From: the human T2T-CHM13v2.0 reference genome, Homo sapiens | DNA length: 64,000 nt | Assembly: GCF_009914755.1 (NCBI RefSeq) | Contig: NC_060935.1 | Strand: one strand, 5' to 3' | In this document: positions 27,667 through 41,672 of the stretch, piece after piece | Position numbering within the stretch: the first letter of the stretch is position 1 | Layout: each line of letters opens with the position of its first letter | Notes under the pieces: generated by a model | Database searches by the model: none | Told to the model about the DNA's origin: nothing | Seen by the model: only the letters and a program-made list of their open reading frames with translations | Program-made: the position numbers and the translations under genes

Positions 27667-27950
27667 CAAGTATCATCTCAATAAAGCTTACCCTGACTAG
27701 CAACTAGCCATTTTAAAATTCCACTCCTTTTCTAAAATCATTTCCTGTACTCAGTTTTATTTTTTGTAATCTCCATGGCATGTATTATCTTCTAGCGTAA
27801 TATGCAGTTGGTGCTCTAATGCCTTCTCCTCCCATGAGAATGTAAGCTTTTTAAAGGAAGTTGTTTTGGTTTTTTCAATGCTGTATTCCCTGTTTCACCT
27901 AGAATAATTCCTTGCACATGCTATATTCTCAATATACATTTGTAGAGTAG
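27667..27950 (+). mobile_element. L2a 3' end (continuation of the L2 broken at 24883)
   Basis: ttaccctgactagc...agaatgtaagctt...gctgtattccc...ctcaatatacatttgt. Confidence 0.7.
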
Positions 27951-30404
27951 ATAATCATGCCTTTCACAATAAATATCCTTTCTTTTTAGTTTGTTGAATT
28001 GAGAGCAAGGTGAGTAAAGGGCAATTACTTTATTTGCTTTTTATGAACTGTGGACATGACTTGTGCTTTTCATATAAATGAAATAAACAGATTGATGCAA
28101 GTTAAAACAAAAACAACAAGGCCCACTCCTTTGTTAGATGGGAAAAATGAGCCTGCACCTCAAACAAACTTACCATCACAGTTGATTATAAAAGTAATTC
28201 TTCCTGCTTATCCAGTGTTTTGTAAATGTGAAGTGTACAAAGAAAAAAAACCATAATTCCACAATCCAGAAATACTACTAATATGAATGTATTTACCTGT
28301 AGTCTTTTTCCCCAAATACACACACAAGTGTAAATGTCTAAATGTATAATCACATAGTATGTATGATTTTTAATTATTTCTAGTTTTAGTCAACACAACA
28401 TATAGATTAAATTTTTATACAAATTACAAAAACACAACTTAAACAAAATCTCCCTTGACCACTAGCATGATTACTTTGCTACATTCTGTTTTTCACGTTT
28501 TAGAATGCATCCTGTAAACTAGTTTACACGAGGTATGAACATAAATCTTCTCCATTTTAATAATTTAAAGTTATGCTCACATTCTGTCTCATTTTTTAAT
28601 GTAGAACATCCAATAAACTAGAGAGACACCATTCATTTTGGTGGCATTAAGAATGAAATGCCCATGGCTATTTGTCAGATTTGAAGTTTATTACCTGGGA
28701 AGCAGGCAACCCTGCTAAGTTGCCTGATCACTCTACTATCCTTATTTAGAGCAACCCTACACACTGGAGAAAAGTAATTGATTGGGACAATTATCTAGCC
28801 AGCCTTCCCACCTGCTCCCTCATAACAGTCAACCAACCAACTAAACAACAAATAAATAGAAATGAACTCACTATTCTCCTGAAAATAAAAACCATTGCTT
28901 TGTAAGTATCTCGATAATGGTAACAAAACCAATTTTACGTGAATGAGATAGATAATTTTACACACAGGAAGGTACAAAGTATTGCTTTTGCCTCAAGTAT
29001 CTGGTTACTTAAAACAAAACATTTATTTTTGGTCTGATTGTCTATGTGTCCTTTCACACTTCTGGTGTGAAGTGAGACAAAATTGCCTTATTTCTCCGTT
29101 TACTTTTCATTAGGCTTACCATCAAGAATAGAATACTCATTTTTTTCCTTCAGTGTGAAAACTATCCCCCTTTGACCCATTCCACAGACTACACCAAAAC
29201 AGTGACCAACATCCACCAAGTTTCTATTTGACCCACGAATTATTTTAAAACAGCACCTCCCTCTGTTGTTGTTGTTAAACAATGCATGGGAAGGAAGTTT
29301 CCAAACTTTTTTTTCTTGGAATTATGCCATCCTTTCTGAGTTTCATTTTAGAGGTAAAAGTACAGCACTAATTTAAAATTTAATATTCAGATTACATTTA
29401 GAGGTATGCTTGTATATACAGTTTTATGTACTATCACCTTGAATCATCCAGTGGAAACATATTTTCATCAGATTTCTTTGTTAGGTCAGTACACAGCTTC
29501 CTTCCAACCACATCCTGATGTGGAGCTGGCCCATTTCAGTACTGACATCAGTGAAGTACCATCAGGCAATAGAAAACTTAGGGAAACTTAATATTTATTA
29601 GTTTGCAGATTGTCTGAATATTAATTTGGCTGCATTGCGTTCCAGTGGGTCCTAGACACACAAAGGAGATACAAATGCCTTCTGGCCACAGAATTGGAAA
29701 TAAATTCCATTCCTTCCTTATTAAGCACATATTCTTTTTGCATTATTCATTTATTTAAAGTTATAGAACATACATAATGTGCCAGGTATTGTTGTACGCT
29801 CTGGAGGTACAGAAGCTTGAGATAATGAATGAAAGTGCTTATCACACTGCTGGCATGTGGTTACAGGTAAGAAAATTACCCACGAAAAAAAACAAAAGCT
29901 CAGAAAGATCAAGAGTAATGTTCATGGTTACTAGCTAACTAATCAGATAATGAATAAATGGCATGTTTCTAGAGTTACACCACCTGGGTTTAAATCTTAG
30001 ATGCACCATACACTGGTTTACTGTCTTCAGGAAATGTATTAAAACACTTCACGCCTCAGGTTGCTTATTGGTGCATGACAAAAATGATAGCTATCACATA
30101 GAATTGTGGTAAGCAACAAATGAGCTAACATGTGTAAAACAGTAGAGTGCCAAGCACAGAAGTGCCCAACACGTGAACTACTTTTAATATCTACATGACA
30201 TGCTATCTCTTTCAATAATAACCCATGCAATTTTGAATGTAGAGAAGCAAGCCAACAAACTAACTTGATTTTTAAAATAAAATGCTAAAGAGAATTTTTA
30301 GACCATTTGCAGGAAGTAAATGAAACATCAGTTTACTGGGTTTTAGTTTGCTAAGTTGATTTATGCTGTTGAATCAGGGGAGGGTGCTAGACAGGCAAAG
30401 ATGT

Positions 30405-33400
30405 TAAGTTTTTAAAACTGTGGTAAAGTATATTCAACAAAATTTACGATTTTAGTCATTTTTAGGTGTGCAGTTCAGTGGCATCAAGTACATTCACACT
30501 GTTGTGCAGCCATCACCATCACTCTTCTCTAGAACTTTTTCATCTTCCCAAACAGAAACTCTATACCCATTAAACAATCTCTCTCCATTCTCCCCTCTTT
30601 CAAGCCCCTGACCACCATCATTCTATTTTCTGTTACTATAAATTTGACCCCTGTAGGTACCTCACATAAATGGAATTATACAGTATTTGTCTTTTTGAAG
30701 CTGGCTGATTCCACTTTGCATAATGCCTTCAAGGTTCATCCATGCCATGGAGTGTGTCAGAATTTCATCTCTTTTTAAGGCCACATAATATTCCCTTGTG
30801 TGTACACACCATTTTGTTTTCTATTCATCTGTTGATGGACACTTGGGTTGATTCCACCTTTTGACTCTTGTGTATAATGCTGCTAAGAATAGGAGTGTAC
30901 AAGCATCTGTTCAAGACCTAGCTTTTGATTCTTCTGGGTGTATACACAGCAGTGAAATTTGTGATCATATGGTAATTTTATGTTAGATTTGTTGGGGGAA
31001 TTGCCACATTTTCCACAGTGGCTACATCATTTTCCATTTTTACTAGCAATGCACAATGGTCTCAATCTCTTTACACTCTTGTCAACATTTGTTATTTCCT
31101 GGGGTTTTGTTGATGATAGTCATCTGATGGGTATGAAATGGTATATCGTTGTGGTTCTGATTTGCATTTAACTTATGATTGGTGTGTTAGTCCATTTTCA
31201 TGCTGCTGATCAAGACATAACCGAGACTGAGAAAGGGGTTTAATTGGACTTACAGTTCCATATGGCTGGGGAAGCCCCAGAATCATGGCGGGAGACAAAA
31301 GGCACTTCTTACATAGTGGCAGCAAGAGAAAATAAGGAAGAAGCAAAAGTGGAAACCCCTGATAAACCCATCAGGTCTTGTGAGACTTATTCACTGTAAC
31401 AAGAATGACATGGGAAAGATCAGCCCTCATGATTCAATTACCTCCCCCTGGGTCCCTCTCACAACTCATGGGAACTCTGGGAAATGCAATTCAAGTTGAG
31501 ATTTGGTGGGGAGAGAGCCAAGCAACATCGTTCTGCCCTGGCCCCTCCAAATCTCATGTCCTCACACTTCAAAACAAATCATGCTTTCCCAGTAATCCCT
31601 CAAAGTCTTAACTTATTTCAGCATGAACCCAATAACCCAAATTAACAAGGCAAGTCCCTTCTACCTATGAGCCTGCAAAGTCAAAAGCAAGCTAGTTACT
31701 TCCTAGATACAATGGGGGTACAGGTATTGGGTAAATACAGCCATTATAAATGAAAGAAATTGGCCCAAATCAAAGAGGTTACAGGGCCCATGCAAGTCTG
31801 AAATCCAGCTGGGAAGTCAAATTTTTATGAAAGCCCCAAAATGATCTCCTTTGACTCCAGGTCTTGCATCCGGGTTACACTGATACAAGAGGTGGGTTCT
31901 CATGGTCTTGGGCAGCGCTGCTCCTGTGACTTTGCAGAGTACAGCCTCCCTCCTGGCTGCTTTCATGGGTTGGCATTGTGTCTGCAGCTTTTCCAGGCGC
32001 TTGGTGCAAGCTGTTGGTGGATCTACCATTCTGGGGTCTGGAGACAGTGGCCCTCTTCTCACAGCTCCACTAGGCAGTACCTCAGTAGGGACTCTGTGTG
32101 GGGGCTCCGACCCCACATTTCCCTTATGCACTGCCCTAGCAAAGGCTCTGCACGAGGGCCCCACCGCTGCAGCAAACTTCTGCCTGGGCATCCAGGTGTT
32201 TCCATACATCTGAAATCTAGGTGGAGGTTCCCAAACCTAAATTCTTGACTTCTGTGCACCTGCAGGCTCAACACCATGTGGAAGCTGCCAAGGCTTGAGG
32301 CTTCCACCCTCTGAAGCCACAGGCCAAGCTGTACCTTCAACCCTTCCAGCCACGGCTGGAGTGGCTGGGATGCAGGACACCAAGGACCTATGCTACACAT
32401 AGCACAGGGAACCTTGGCCCAGCCCACAAAACAACTTTTTCCTCCTGGGCCTCTGGGCCTATGATAGGAGGGGCTGCCCTGCCATGAAGGTCTCTGACAT
32501 GGCCTAGAGACATTTTCCCCATGGTCTTGGGGATTAACATTAGGCTCCTTGCTACTTACGCAAATTTCTGTAGTTGGCTTGAATTTTTCCTCAGAGAATG
32601 GGTTTTTCTTTTCTATCGCATAGTCAGGCTGCAAATTTTCCAAACTTTTATGCTCTGCTTCCCTTATAAAACTGAATGCCTTTACCAGTACAACAAGACA
32701 CCTCTTGAATACTTTGCTACCTAGAAATTTCTTCTACCAGATACCCTGAATAATCTCTCTCAAGTTCAAAGTTCCATAAATCTCTAGGGCAAGGGCAAAA
32801 TACCACCAGTCTCTTTGCTAAAACATAACAAGAGTCACATTTGCTCCAGTTCCCAACAAGTTCCTCATCTCTGTCTGAGACCACCTCAGCCTGGATCTTA
32901 TTGTCCATATCGCTATCAGCATTTTCGGCAAAGCCATTCAACAAGTCTCTAGGAAGTTACAAACTGTCCACCATTTTCCCATCTTTTTCTGAGCCCTTCA
33001 AACTGTTCCAACCTCTGCCTGTTACCCAGTTCCAAAGTCGCTTCCACATTTTCAGGTATCTTTTCAGCAGTGCCCCACTCTACTGGTACCAATTTACTGT
33101 ATTAGTCCGTTTTCATGCTGCTGATAAAGACACACCCAAGACTGGGAAGAAAAAGAGGTTTAATTTGACTTACAGTTTCACATGGCTGGGGAGGCCTCAG
33201 AATCATGGTGGGAGGCAAAAGTCACTTCTTACATGGCAGCAGCAACAGAAAATGAGAGAGATGCAAAAGCAGAAACCCCCTAATAAAACCGTCAGATCTC
33301 ATGAGACTTATTCACTACCACGAGAACAGTATGGGGGAAACCGCCCCCATGATTCAAATGATTTCCCTCTGGGTCTCTCCCACAACACATGGGAATTATG

Positions 33401-33580
33401 GGAGATACAACTCAAGATGAGATTTGTTGGGGAGACAGCTAAACCATAGCAATTAGTGATGCTAGGCACCTTTTCATGTGCTTATTGACCATCTGTATAT
33501 CTTCTTCGGAGAAATGTCTATTAAAGTCCTTTGCCCATTTGAAAATTAGGTTGTCTTTTTATGAGTGAATTGTAAGTCCT
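30405..33580 (-). mobile_element. L1MB-like 3' end, antisense, interrupted by THE1
   Basis: gtacattcacactgttgtgcagccatcacc, cttcccaaacagaaactct, gttgatggacacttgggttg; resumes at attagtgatgctaggcacc after 33451. Confidence 0.85.
31183..33451 (-). mobile_element. Full-length THE1A/B MaLR element (LTR 31183-31530, internal 31531-33097, LTR 33098-33451)
   Basis: Two LTRs, ~1.57 kb THE1-int, PBS-side ctggtaccaatttac, PPT-side ttctgccctggcccctcc; TSD attgg/attag. Confidence 0.95.
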
Positions 33581-34780
33581 GTGCACTTAATACAGATTAA
33601 TCAGTTGATTGCACTTCCTGGTAAAAGCTGTGGAATAAATGTTTAAATGTAAATAAGTAAATAAATGTGTGTTTTGTTTGTTTGTTTTTGTACATCTTAG
33701 CATGAATGAAAGAAAGGAAAATGTAAAACTTGTTTCCTTTTAAGGCAGATAAAATGAAGCTGTATACATTTTGGTAGACCCTGAATATAATTACATATAC
33801 AAATCCTTCACTTCATTTTCTACTGGGCTCTACTGCTTATCTTACTCAGATCTCAATCTCCAAATTTTGTCTAGATATGTCATTGATTATGCCTATTGCC
33901 TATGACTGTGTGTGTGTGTGTAATTTATGGTTTAAAGAGTATATACATGTTGGTAATATTTCACAAATATAAAATGGATTGTTTAGGACACAGTCAACTC
34001 CCTGTCCTGAGGTAATATAGCTTAAATATTACTTTATTGGTTCTTATGGCTGCACAAAAGACATTTAACAAATCTATTTTTTTCCTAAAACAATGTAAAT
34101 GTATTTATTATTTTCCTTCACCAAAACAACTACATATGTGAATCCAACATCACCATATCTCATCATGATTAAATATACACCAGGGCCTTTCTAGAAACTA
34201 CAGTTCTGATTACATTATCAGAGCACCCTCCTCTGTATATAATGACAGCTAGCAGGTGTTGATGCAAACAGCTTGCACTGGAAAGCTTTTTAGTAGGATA
34301 GAGTTAGGCATCTAACTCTCACCTCACATCCTATCTCTACCATTTGCTATAGGTCATACAAGGGACTTAGGCTCTCCAAGCTTTAATTTCCTTGTTTACA
34401 AAATGTAGACTTGATACTTGTCTCATAATATTGTTATTAGGCATAAATTATACATTTAAACATATTCAACAACAGAGGTACAACAAATATTAGCTACCAT
34501 TTCTGACTTTTCATCTATACCTGAAACCTTAATATAAGAGTTAGCCCATATCTCCTGCTACCAAAACAACAATGCAGACCAAACTTGAGTGTGTTAGAGT
34601 GACAGGACTATGCAACTTCACAGGATAACAATTCGTGCTCTTTGTGATTAGTAACGAGGAACTTCATGCAAGAAATGAAAGGGCCAGGACTGACCAGATA
34701 TCCTGATCCAGGATCCTTGTGATACATAAGGAAGTGGCCATGGATCTAATTCCTACAGTCCCACTGCTTAAGGTCATCAT

Positions 34781-34885
34781 GAGGGTGATAACCCTCTCCA
34801 ATTTGCCTGATAATCCCAGTGGACACCTGCTCTTCCAGGGCATTTATTCATAAAAACACTTGTAACTCTCAAGACTGTCCTGATT
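34781..34885. mobile_element. MER94-like Blackjack MITE (remainder at ~36995-37036)
   Basis: agggtga...tttgcctga...actctcaagactgtcctgatt; continues ctgtcttcgtgtgactgataaa after the L1. Confidence 0.5.
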
Positions 34886-36996
34886 ATCTCAAGAAAGTAG
34901 ATAAAGAAAAGCGAGTAAACCCAACATAATCAGAAGGAAGAAAATAGTAAAAATAAAATTGAGAATAGGAAAACAACTTAAAAACAACAAAACCAAATAA
35001 TTTTCTTTAAAAATATCAGTGATATTGATAAACCTCTAGCAAGACTGACAGAGAAGACAAAAGACACAAATCACTAATAGCAGGAATAAACTGGATATAC
35101 ACTACAGATTCTGCAGCCACTATGCACAAATTAATGCTCATAAATTCAACAACTCAGAATAAATTGACCAATTCCATGAAACATAATCAAAATTCAATCA
35201 AGATGAAATACATAGCCTGTTCTATAATGATACCATAACCAGTAAATAAATGTGTAATTAAAAAGCTCCCCAAAAAGAAATCTCCAGGCCCAAATGGCAT
35301 TACTCACAAATTTTACCAAATATTCAAAGAATTAAAACCAATTTTTATCAGTTGTTTTTAGAACTAGAGGAGGAAGAAACAGTTCCTGTTACCTTGACAT
35401 CAAAACTAGAAAAACTTCAAAGAAAGAAAGATACAAAACAAAATCTTGTACGAACATAGAAAGCAAAATTCCAATAAAATATCAGCCAATCAAGTTCAGC
35501 AATGTATAAAAATGATTATACATACACCATGACTAAACGAGATTTATTTTATTGGTTCTTCATCCTATGGCTGCACAAAAGACATTTAGAAATACCTCAT
35601 CTTATCCTAAAACAATTTAAAAGTATTTATTATTACAGTCTGCAAGGCTTGTCCCACATTCAAGAAGCAATCAATGGAATTCATTGTATCGATGGGCTAA
35701 AAAAAAGAAAAATCTTCTCATTATGTCAGTTAACACCAAAAAAAGCATTTGGCAAAATCCAACACCGATTTATCATAAAAATTCTCAGCATACTGGGAAT
35801 AGGTAACTTCCTAAACTTGAGTTTAAAAAATCTACAACATATCTAGAAGCTAATAGGATACTTAATATTGAAAGACAATGTGTTTCCTTTGAGATGGGGA
35901 ACAATGCAAACCTATTCACTCTCACTACTATTATTCTACACAGTGTTGAAAATTCTAGGCAACACAATAGACAAGAAAAAGAAATAAAGATTTCAAAAAA
36001 AATAAAACTGTTCTTGCTTGCAGATGACATGATTATTTACACAGAAAAACCCCGGGGATATACAAAAATACTCCAATAATGAGTACAGCAAGGTTCCAGG
36101 ATCTTAAAAGATCAATACACAAAAACTAATTGGATTTCTATATACTAAGATTGAACATGTAGAAACGGAAATTAAAAACACAATACCATTTACAAGCACA
36201 TAAAAAATTAAATACTTGGATTAAAATCTAACTAAACACGTATAGGATCTGTATGCTGAAAATTTTTAAATGCTGACAGAAATCAGAAAAGAAATGCATT
36301 GTGTTTGTGAATAGGAAAACTCTGCATAGTAAGGATATCAATTCTCCTCAAATTATTTACAGTTATAATATGACTCATCAAAATATCAGTATGTTTTCTT
36401 GTAGACATAGGTATCATAAAATTCATATGGAAAGGCATAGGCCCCACTATAGCTAAAAGCAACTTGAAAAAGAAGAATGAAGTGAGAGAAATAATTCTAC
36501 CTGGTATTCAGAGCTATTATATAGCTACAGTTATTAAGGCAATGTGGTTAAGAAGGAGGGGTAAATCCACAGGTCAATATAGTAGAATAGAGAACCCAGA
36601 AATAGACCCACCAAAATATGCACAATTGTATTTTGACAAAACTGTATAAGCACTTCAATGAAGAAAGGACAGCCTTTTAAACAACTGGTGCTGAAGGAGT
36701 TAAATTATAGAAATGGGGATGTCACCCAATTAGTGGGTGACAGGAATTGGTAACAGAGAGATGGAGTTGGGGTGGGTCAGAGTGACTATAAAAGGCAACA
36801 TGAGGGGTCTTTGTAATGACAGAACTGCATCATAACTGTTATCAAAGCCAACCCCACGGTTGTGATATTGTACTATGATTTTACAAGATGTTACTGCTGG
36901 GGGAAATAGGTAAGGGATGTGGATTATCTCTCTGTATGATTTCTTCCAACTTCATGTGAATCTAAATGTATCTCAAAATAAAAATTTTAGTTAAAA
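34886..36996 (+). mobile_element. L1MC-like, 5'-truncated, with internal deletions
   Basis: ORF2 relics incl. KLFLLADDMIIYTEKP and SRIENPEIDP; L1MC-type 3'UTR gttgtgatattgtactatg...atgtgaatct..atctcaaaataaaa. Confidence 0.85.
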
Positions 36997-37056
36997 ACTG
37001 TCTTCGTGTGACTGATAAACTAAGAACTGTCTAGCTATCATCAGGAGGAACTCTAG

Positions 37057-37374
<318 letters not shown>

Positions 37375-37536
37375 CAGAATCTATATTCTTTATAAAAATC
37401 AATGTAAAAATATATGGCTAACAATGATAGCTAAAGTTTATTGAGTATCTACTATGTACTGATCACTTTTCTAGGTACATTGCATGTGGTATTTTCTCTT
37501 TACAAGTCTGTGAAGTAAGCATCATTAATACCTTTA

Positions 37537-37883
<347 letters not shown>

Positions 37884-40299
37884 TACATAGTGAGGCTTGG
37901 TACCTTGTTCAAGGTCATATGGATATTGTTAAGTTTAAATCCAGGAAGGCTGATAACAGTGTCTATGCTCCTAACACTTTGCATACTGCCTCCCAGTACA
38001 GAAGGCAATATGCTATGTTGACCATGGTTTATCTTATTGAAAACTGATTTTCAATCAACATTATGGCCCTCCTCATGAAGTTCCAAGATAAAACAACAAC
38101 AAAAAAACCAACTCACTTGATCATTAGCTGGCTAGCTAACTATGTATGTAGACCTAGTAGAATATCTGAATAACAATTAAGATTTTAATGCTACAAAAAG
38201 TAAAGAATAATTAAATTTATCATTTGGCTTCAGGATTCACATTTCGGCCTCGGAAAACTACCAGTTGTAAATGTTTGGTTTATCTTTTTCTTAATGGTTT
38301 GACAGAATAGTTGCATCTTATGTTGGTCAGTGTATTAATAACAGAAAACTAGCTAAAGTAGCTATAGAGTTTTGGAGACTGTAACAGGTACCTTGTCAAC
38401 ACCTAGCATAGGGACTCATATATAATAGGTTCTCATTTAATACATACGCATATGAATTTATTAGTGAGTTAATTTTATGAAGCATCTAATATGTTCCAAC
38501 TATTGCATAAGCACTGATATAAAAATGAATGAGACATGGTTTCTGGTAAAACAGACATGTACATGGTCTAAACAACAATTTTTGAAAAGGAGTAACATTT
38601 CCCAGAAAGGCAATAAAATAATCTTTCATTTATTCATTCATAACATTCAACAAATTTAGTGAATGAATACCATGAACCAACTATTACTTTTAGTTATTTT
38701 TTTCTCTATCAATTTCAGTGCACTTTAAATGGGAATAAGCACGACACTGACACCAAATAAATCATTACTGGTTGGTTGATTTCTGTGATATAATAAGACT
38801 CACAGAATGGACAAAGCCTGCAATCATAGCTTGTACACTCTGTGCAGTCTTTGATCCTAACCTCAGCCAAAGATTGTTCTCCATTCTTTTGTTCAGTGCT
38901 TACAATAATAAACTGACCTGTGGACATTATAATTTTTACAGTGACTTATTATTAAAGAGTGCACCAATACTTCAGGAAAGCAGGAGTACTGAAGAATTAT
39001 CTACCCATCGTCTACTCACCTATAGCTTACAGACAGTGCATCATAAAAAAGCATATACTCTTCCATTTGTTCTACTCCAGGATTCATACCTAAACCATGT
39101 ATATGCTTCATGGACAATTTTTTTCAGAAAGACTCCTGATTATATCCAAAATTTGACCTAATATATTGTCTTTAGTGTCATGCCACAATATAATGAGTAA
39201 TTCCACTGTATTATACCCAGAGAAACTGTTTCATTTCCTTCTTAGAAATAGTTTTGTTCTGACTTGTTATTGGTCTGATTTACCATGGGATTTATTATTT
39301 CCTTATCAGACACTTTAGTAATTAAGATATGTTGCTTATGAAAGTGCTTTTTTAGAATTATCAATTGCTTTTAAATGCACAATTTGATGAAGTAATTTAC
39401 AGAGTAGAGTCAACATCCAAAAAAAAAAAAAAAAAAACACCCAATGCAATAGGCAATGCCTTTCTAAAAGACATCATGGGTATTAAATTCCCAGCTTCAT
39501 AGCTTCCTTATAGTCTTGTGAAGAAAGTGAAGCAAAGCCACGGATCCAGCTCCATTTTTTTTTTTTAACTGACATGATTCCAAGAAATTCTGAAGAAAAA
39601 GAAAGTTAAATTTTACAATACAAAACCATGGTAAGATGGGCTGGAGACTCTGGTATTTCATCCTTTTGCATCTTGCCAATTCACTCGCTACTGCACATAG
39701 ACATATAAATCATCCAGTTCCTTCATTTCCCCTTCTAGTTCATCAGCAGGCTGCATCTTCATTTGAAAAACACTTTGTAGTTCTTAAAGGATAATTCTGC
39801 AAGTGCAGGATGATGTTTCATTCCAACAACAACAATAACAAAATTGAATTTTGGATAGCCTTTAGCATTCCACAAAACAGCCTCTAAAGAGCCCCTGGAA
39901 TTATGGTATCTAAGTCTAAAGAGGAAACAGAAGAAATTCAAATCAAGAATTCAGAAGTGAAACATGTTTGCTAGGCTTTTTCTCTCCTGACTTAGAATGT
40001 TGTTTCCAAAAGGTTTAGTATTTTGCAGTCATGTGATATGTAGTCATTCAAAAAACAAAGTACTGGAAGACTGGGTGGATTCAAACAAGAATAACATAAA
40101 TATCCTCATGAAACCAACAGTCTGGTATACGTGAAAACGGAGGAAATTTTTTGAGTTCTTAGTATATAGCTGTGGCTTTGCCCTATGTTTGCACACATCT
40201 TATTCAATCTTTACAACAATCCTGTAATATAGCTTATGTTACCTTCTTTTTAATAGGTTTTCATCTGGTTCATCAAATTTGCTACTGATGCATATGTAA

Positions 40300-41070
40300 G
40301 ACAACCTCATTACCACTGACCTGGTCAAAGCCACCATCACCTCTGGTCTTGTCCATTCAAATAGTTTCCTAATTGGTCTCCACATTTATTTTTGCCCCTT
40401 TCCAACCTGTTCTGCACTAAAAAGCCAGGGTAAGCCTTTGGAGACCCTACTACTTCCCTGCATGAAATGCTTCATTGGTTTCTCTCTTCATTTAGACCAA
40501 ATTTCTAACTCGTCAATGGCTTACAGCGTAGCACTGCATAACAGGGTCCTTACCTACGTCCAACCTCATCTCTTCCTTTACCCCCCACCTCACCTTCCCA
40601 CCCAACACACACACTTTTGCTCCTTATGCTGTGCTCATGCTGGGCTCCTTTCAGTTCCTCACAAAACTGAACCGATTCCAGTCATTCTAACCTCAGAACC
40701 TTTGTACAGATGTTTTTCCCTTGAACTGTCCCCAGTCCCAGCCTCCTCCCTACCCAACCCAGCCTATCATATTCACCATTCTGTAGTGTTTGGTCACAAG
40801 TGTCCCTCCTTAGGCCTTTTCTGGTCATCCTGTCTCAAAGCCCTTTAAGTATGCTTCCATATGCCAAAACCAAAAAAATCATAACATGATTTTCATAGCA
40901 TGTTTCACAATTTAAAGGATGTATTTGTATGATTAAGTCTACTAGCCTATAAACTTCTGATAGTAAAGTCCAGATTGCCTGGGGACACTGTTACCTCCAA
41001 GGTACCTAGCAGTACTTTGCCCATGGTAGACACTCAGGATTTTACTGTTTACCTAATGAATTCACTAATT
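40300..41070 (+). mobile_element. L2 3' fragment
   Basis: ctggtcaaagccaccatcacctct...tacctagcagtactttgcccatggtagacactc. Confidence 0.7.
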
Positions 41071-41672
41071 TAAAGGGCTCTTTAAATTAGCTGCCACACT
41101 GGAAAAGCCTCCAGAACCTCAGTAACAAACAGCATCATCATAGTCAATGTTAACCAAACCTTTATATTTCTGATGTTGTACTTAGTTACACGTATTTCTC
41201 CCAACTCTTAGGAGAACCCAATGAGGAATGCATTATCATAGATTTTCATTGATGAAATAGATTCATAATGTTTAATTATCTAATCTTATCTAATTAGTAA
41301 GTAGTTGAAATGGATTCAATATAAATAAGTTTTGCTTTTAAATCAGTACTTTTCCACGTCCAGTGATTGGTGGCTTTGTGATATTAAACTACGTCGGTTC
41401 TTCTCCTTTGGTTCTGCTTATCCTTCTCAGTGTGTCCTGGGAGGCTGATCTCTGTGGGTTATATTCCCAGGTTCCTTTGATCCTCTTTCTCCTGTTGTCC
41501 CATCGCGTTCAGCCAATAAAAAGCATTTACAGGTCATAGGATTGGAGGAAGACATGTCAAAGCATTTATTCCCACCCCTGCTGCTTCTCTGGTCAGTTTT
41601 TATTGGGTGGCTTTCTTCTATGGCTACAGAGATCACTGGTAATATACTTTCGTCCCTCTGCCCCTTCAGGAC

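Noticed and set aside
29100-29282. Minus-strand ORF ending near a good donor GATG|GTAAGC
   Set aside because: No convincing acceptor and no recognisable peptide.
31817-33449. Overlapping 100-200 aa ORFs on both strands
   Set aside because: All lie in THE1 internal/LTR sequence, which is GC-richer and commonly gives spurious ORFs.
39419-39437. Isolated poly(A) run as a processed pseudogene tail
   Set aside because: No TSD, poly(A) signal or mRNA-like upstream sequence.
39685-39915. Minus-strand exon candidate with strong acceptor ttcttctgtttcctctttag
   Set aside because: Weak donor, only a 24-codon ORF (MKMQPADELEGEMKELDDLYVYVQ), and no partner exons I can support.
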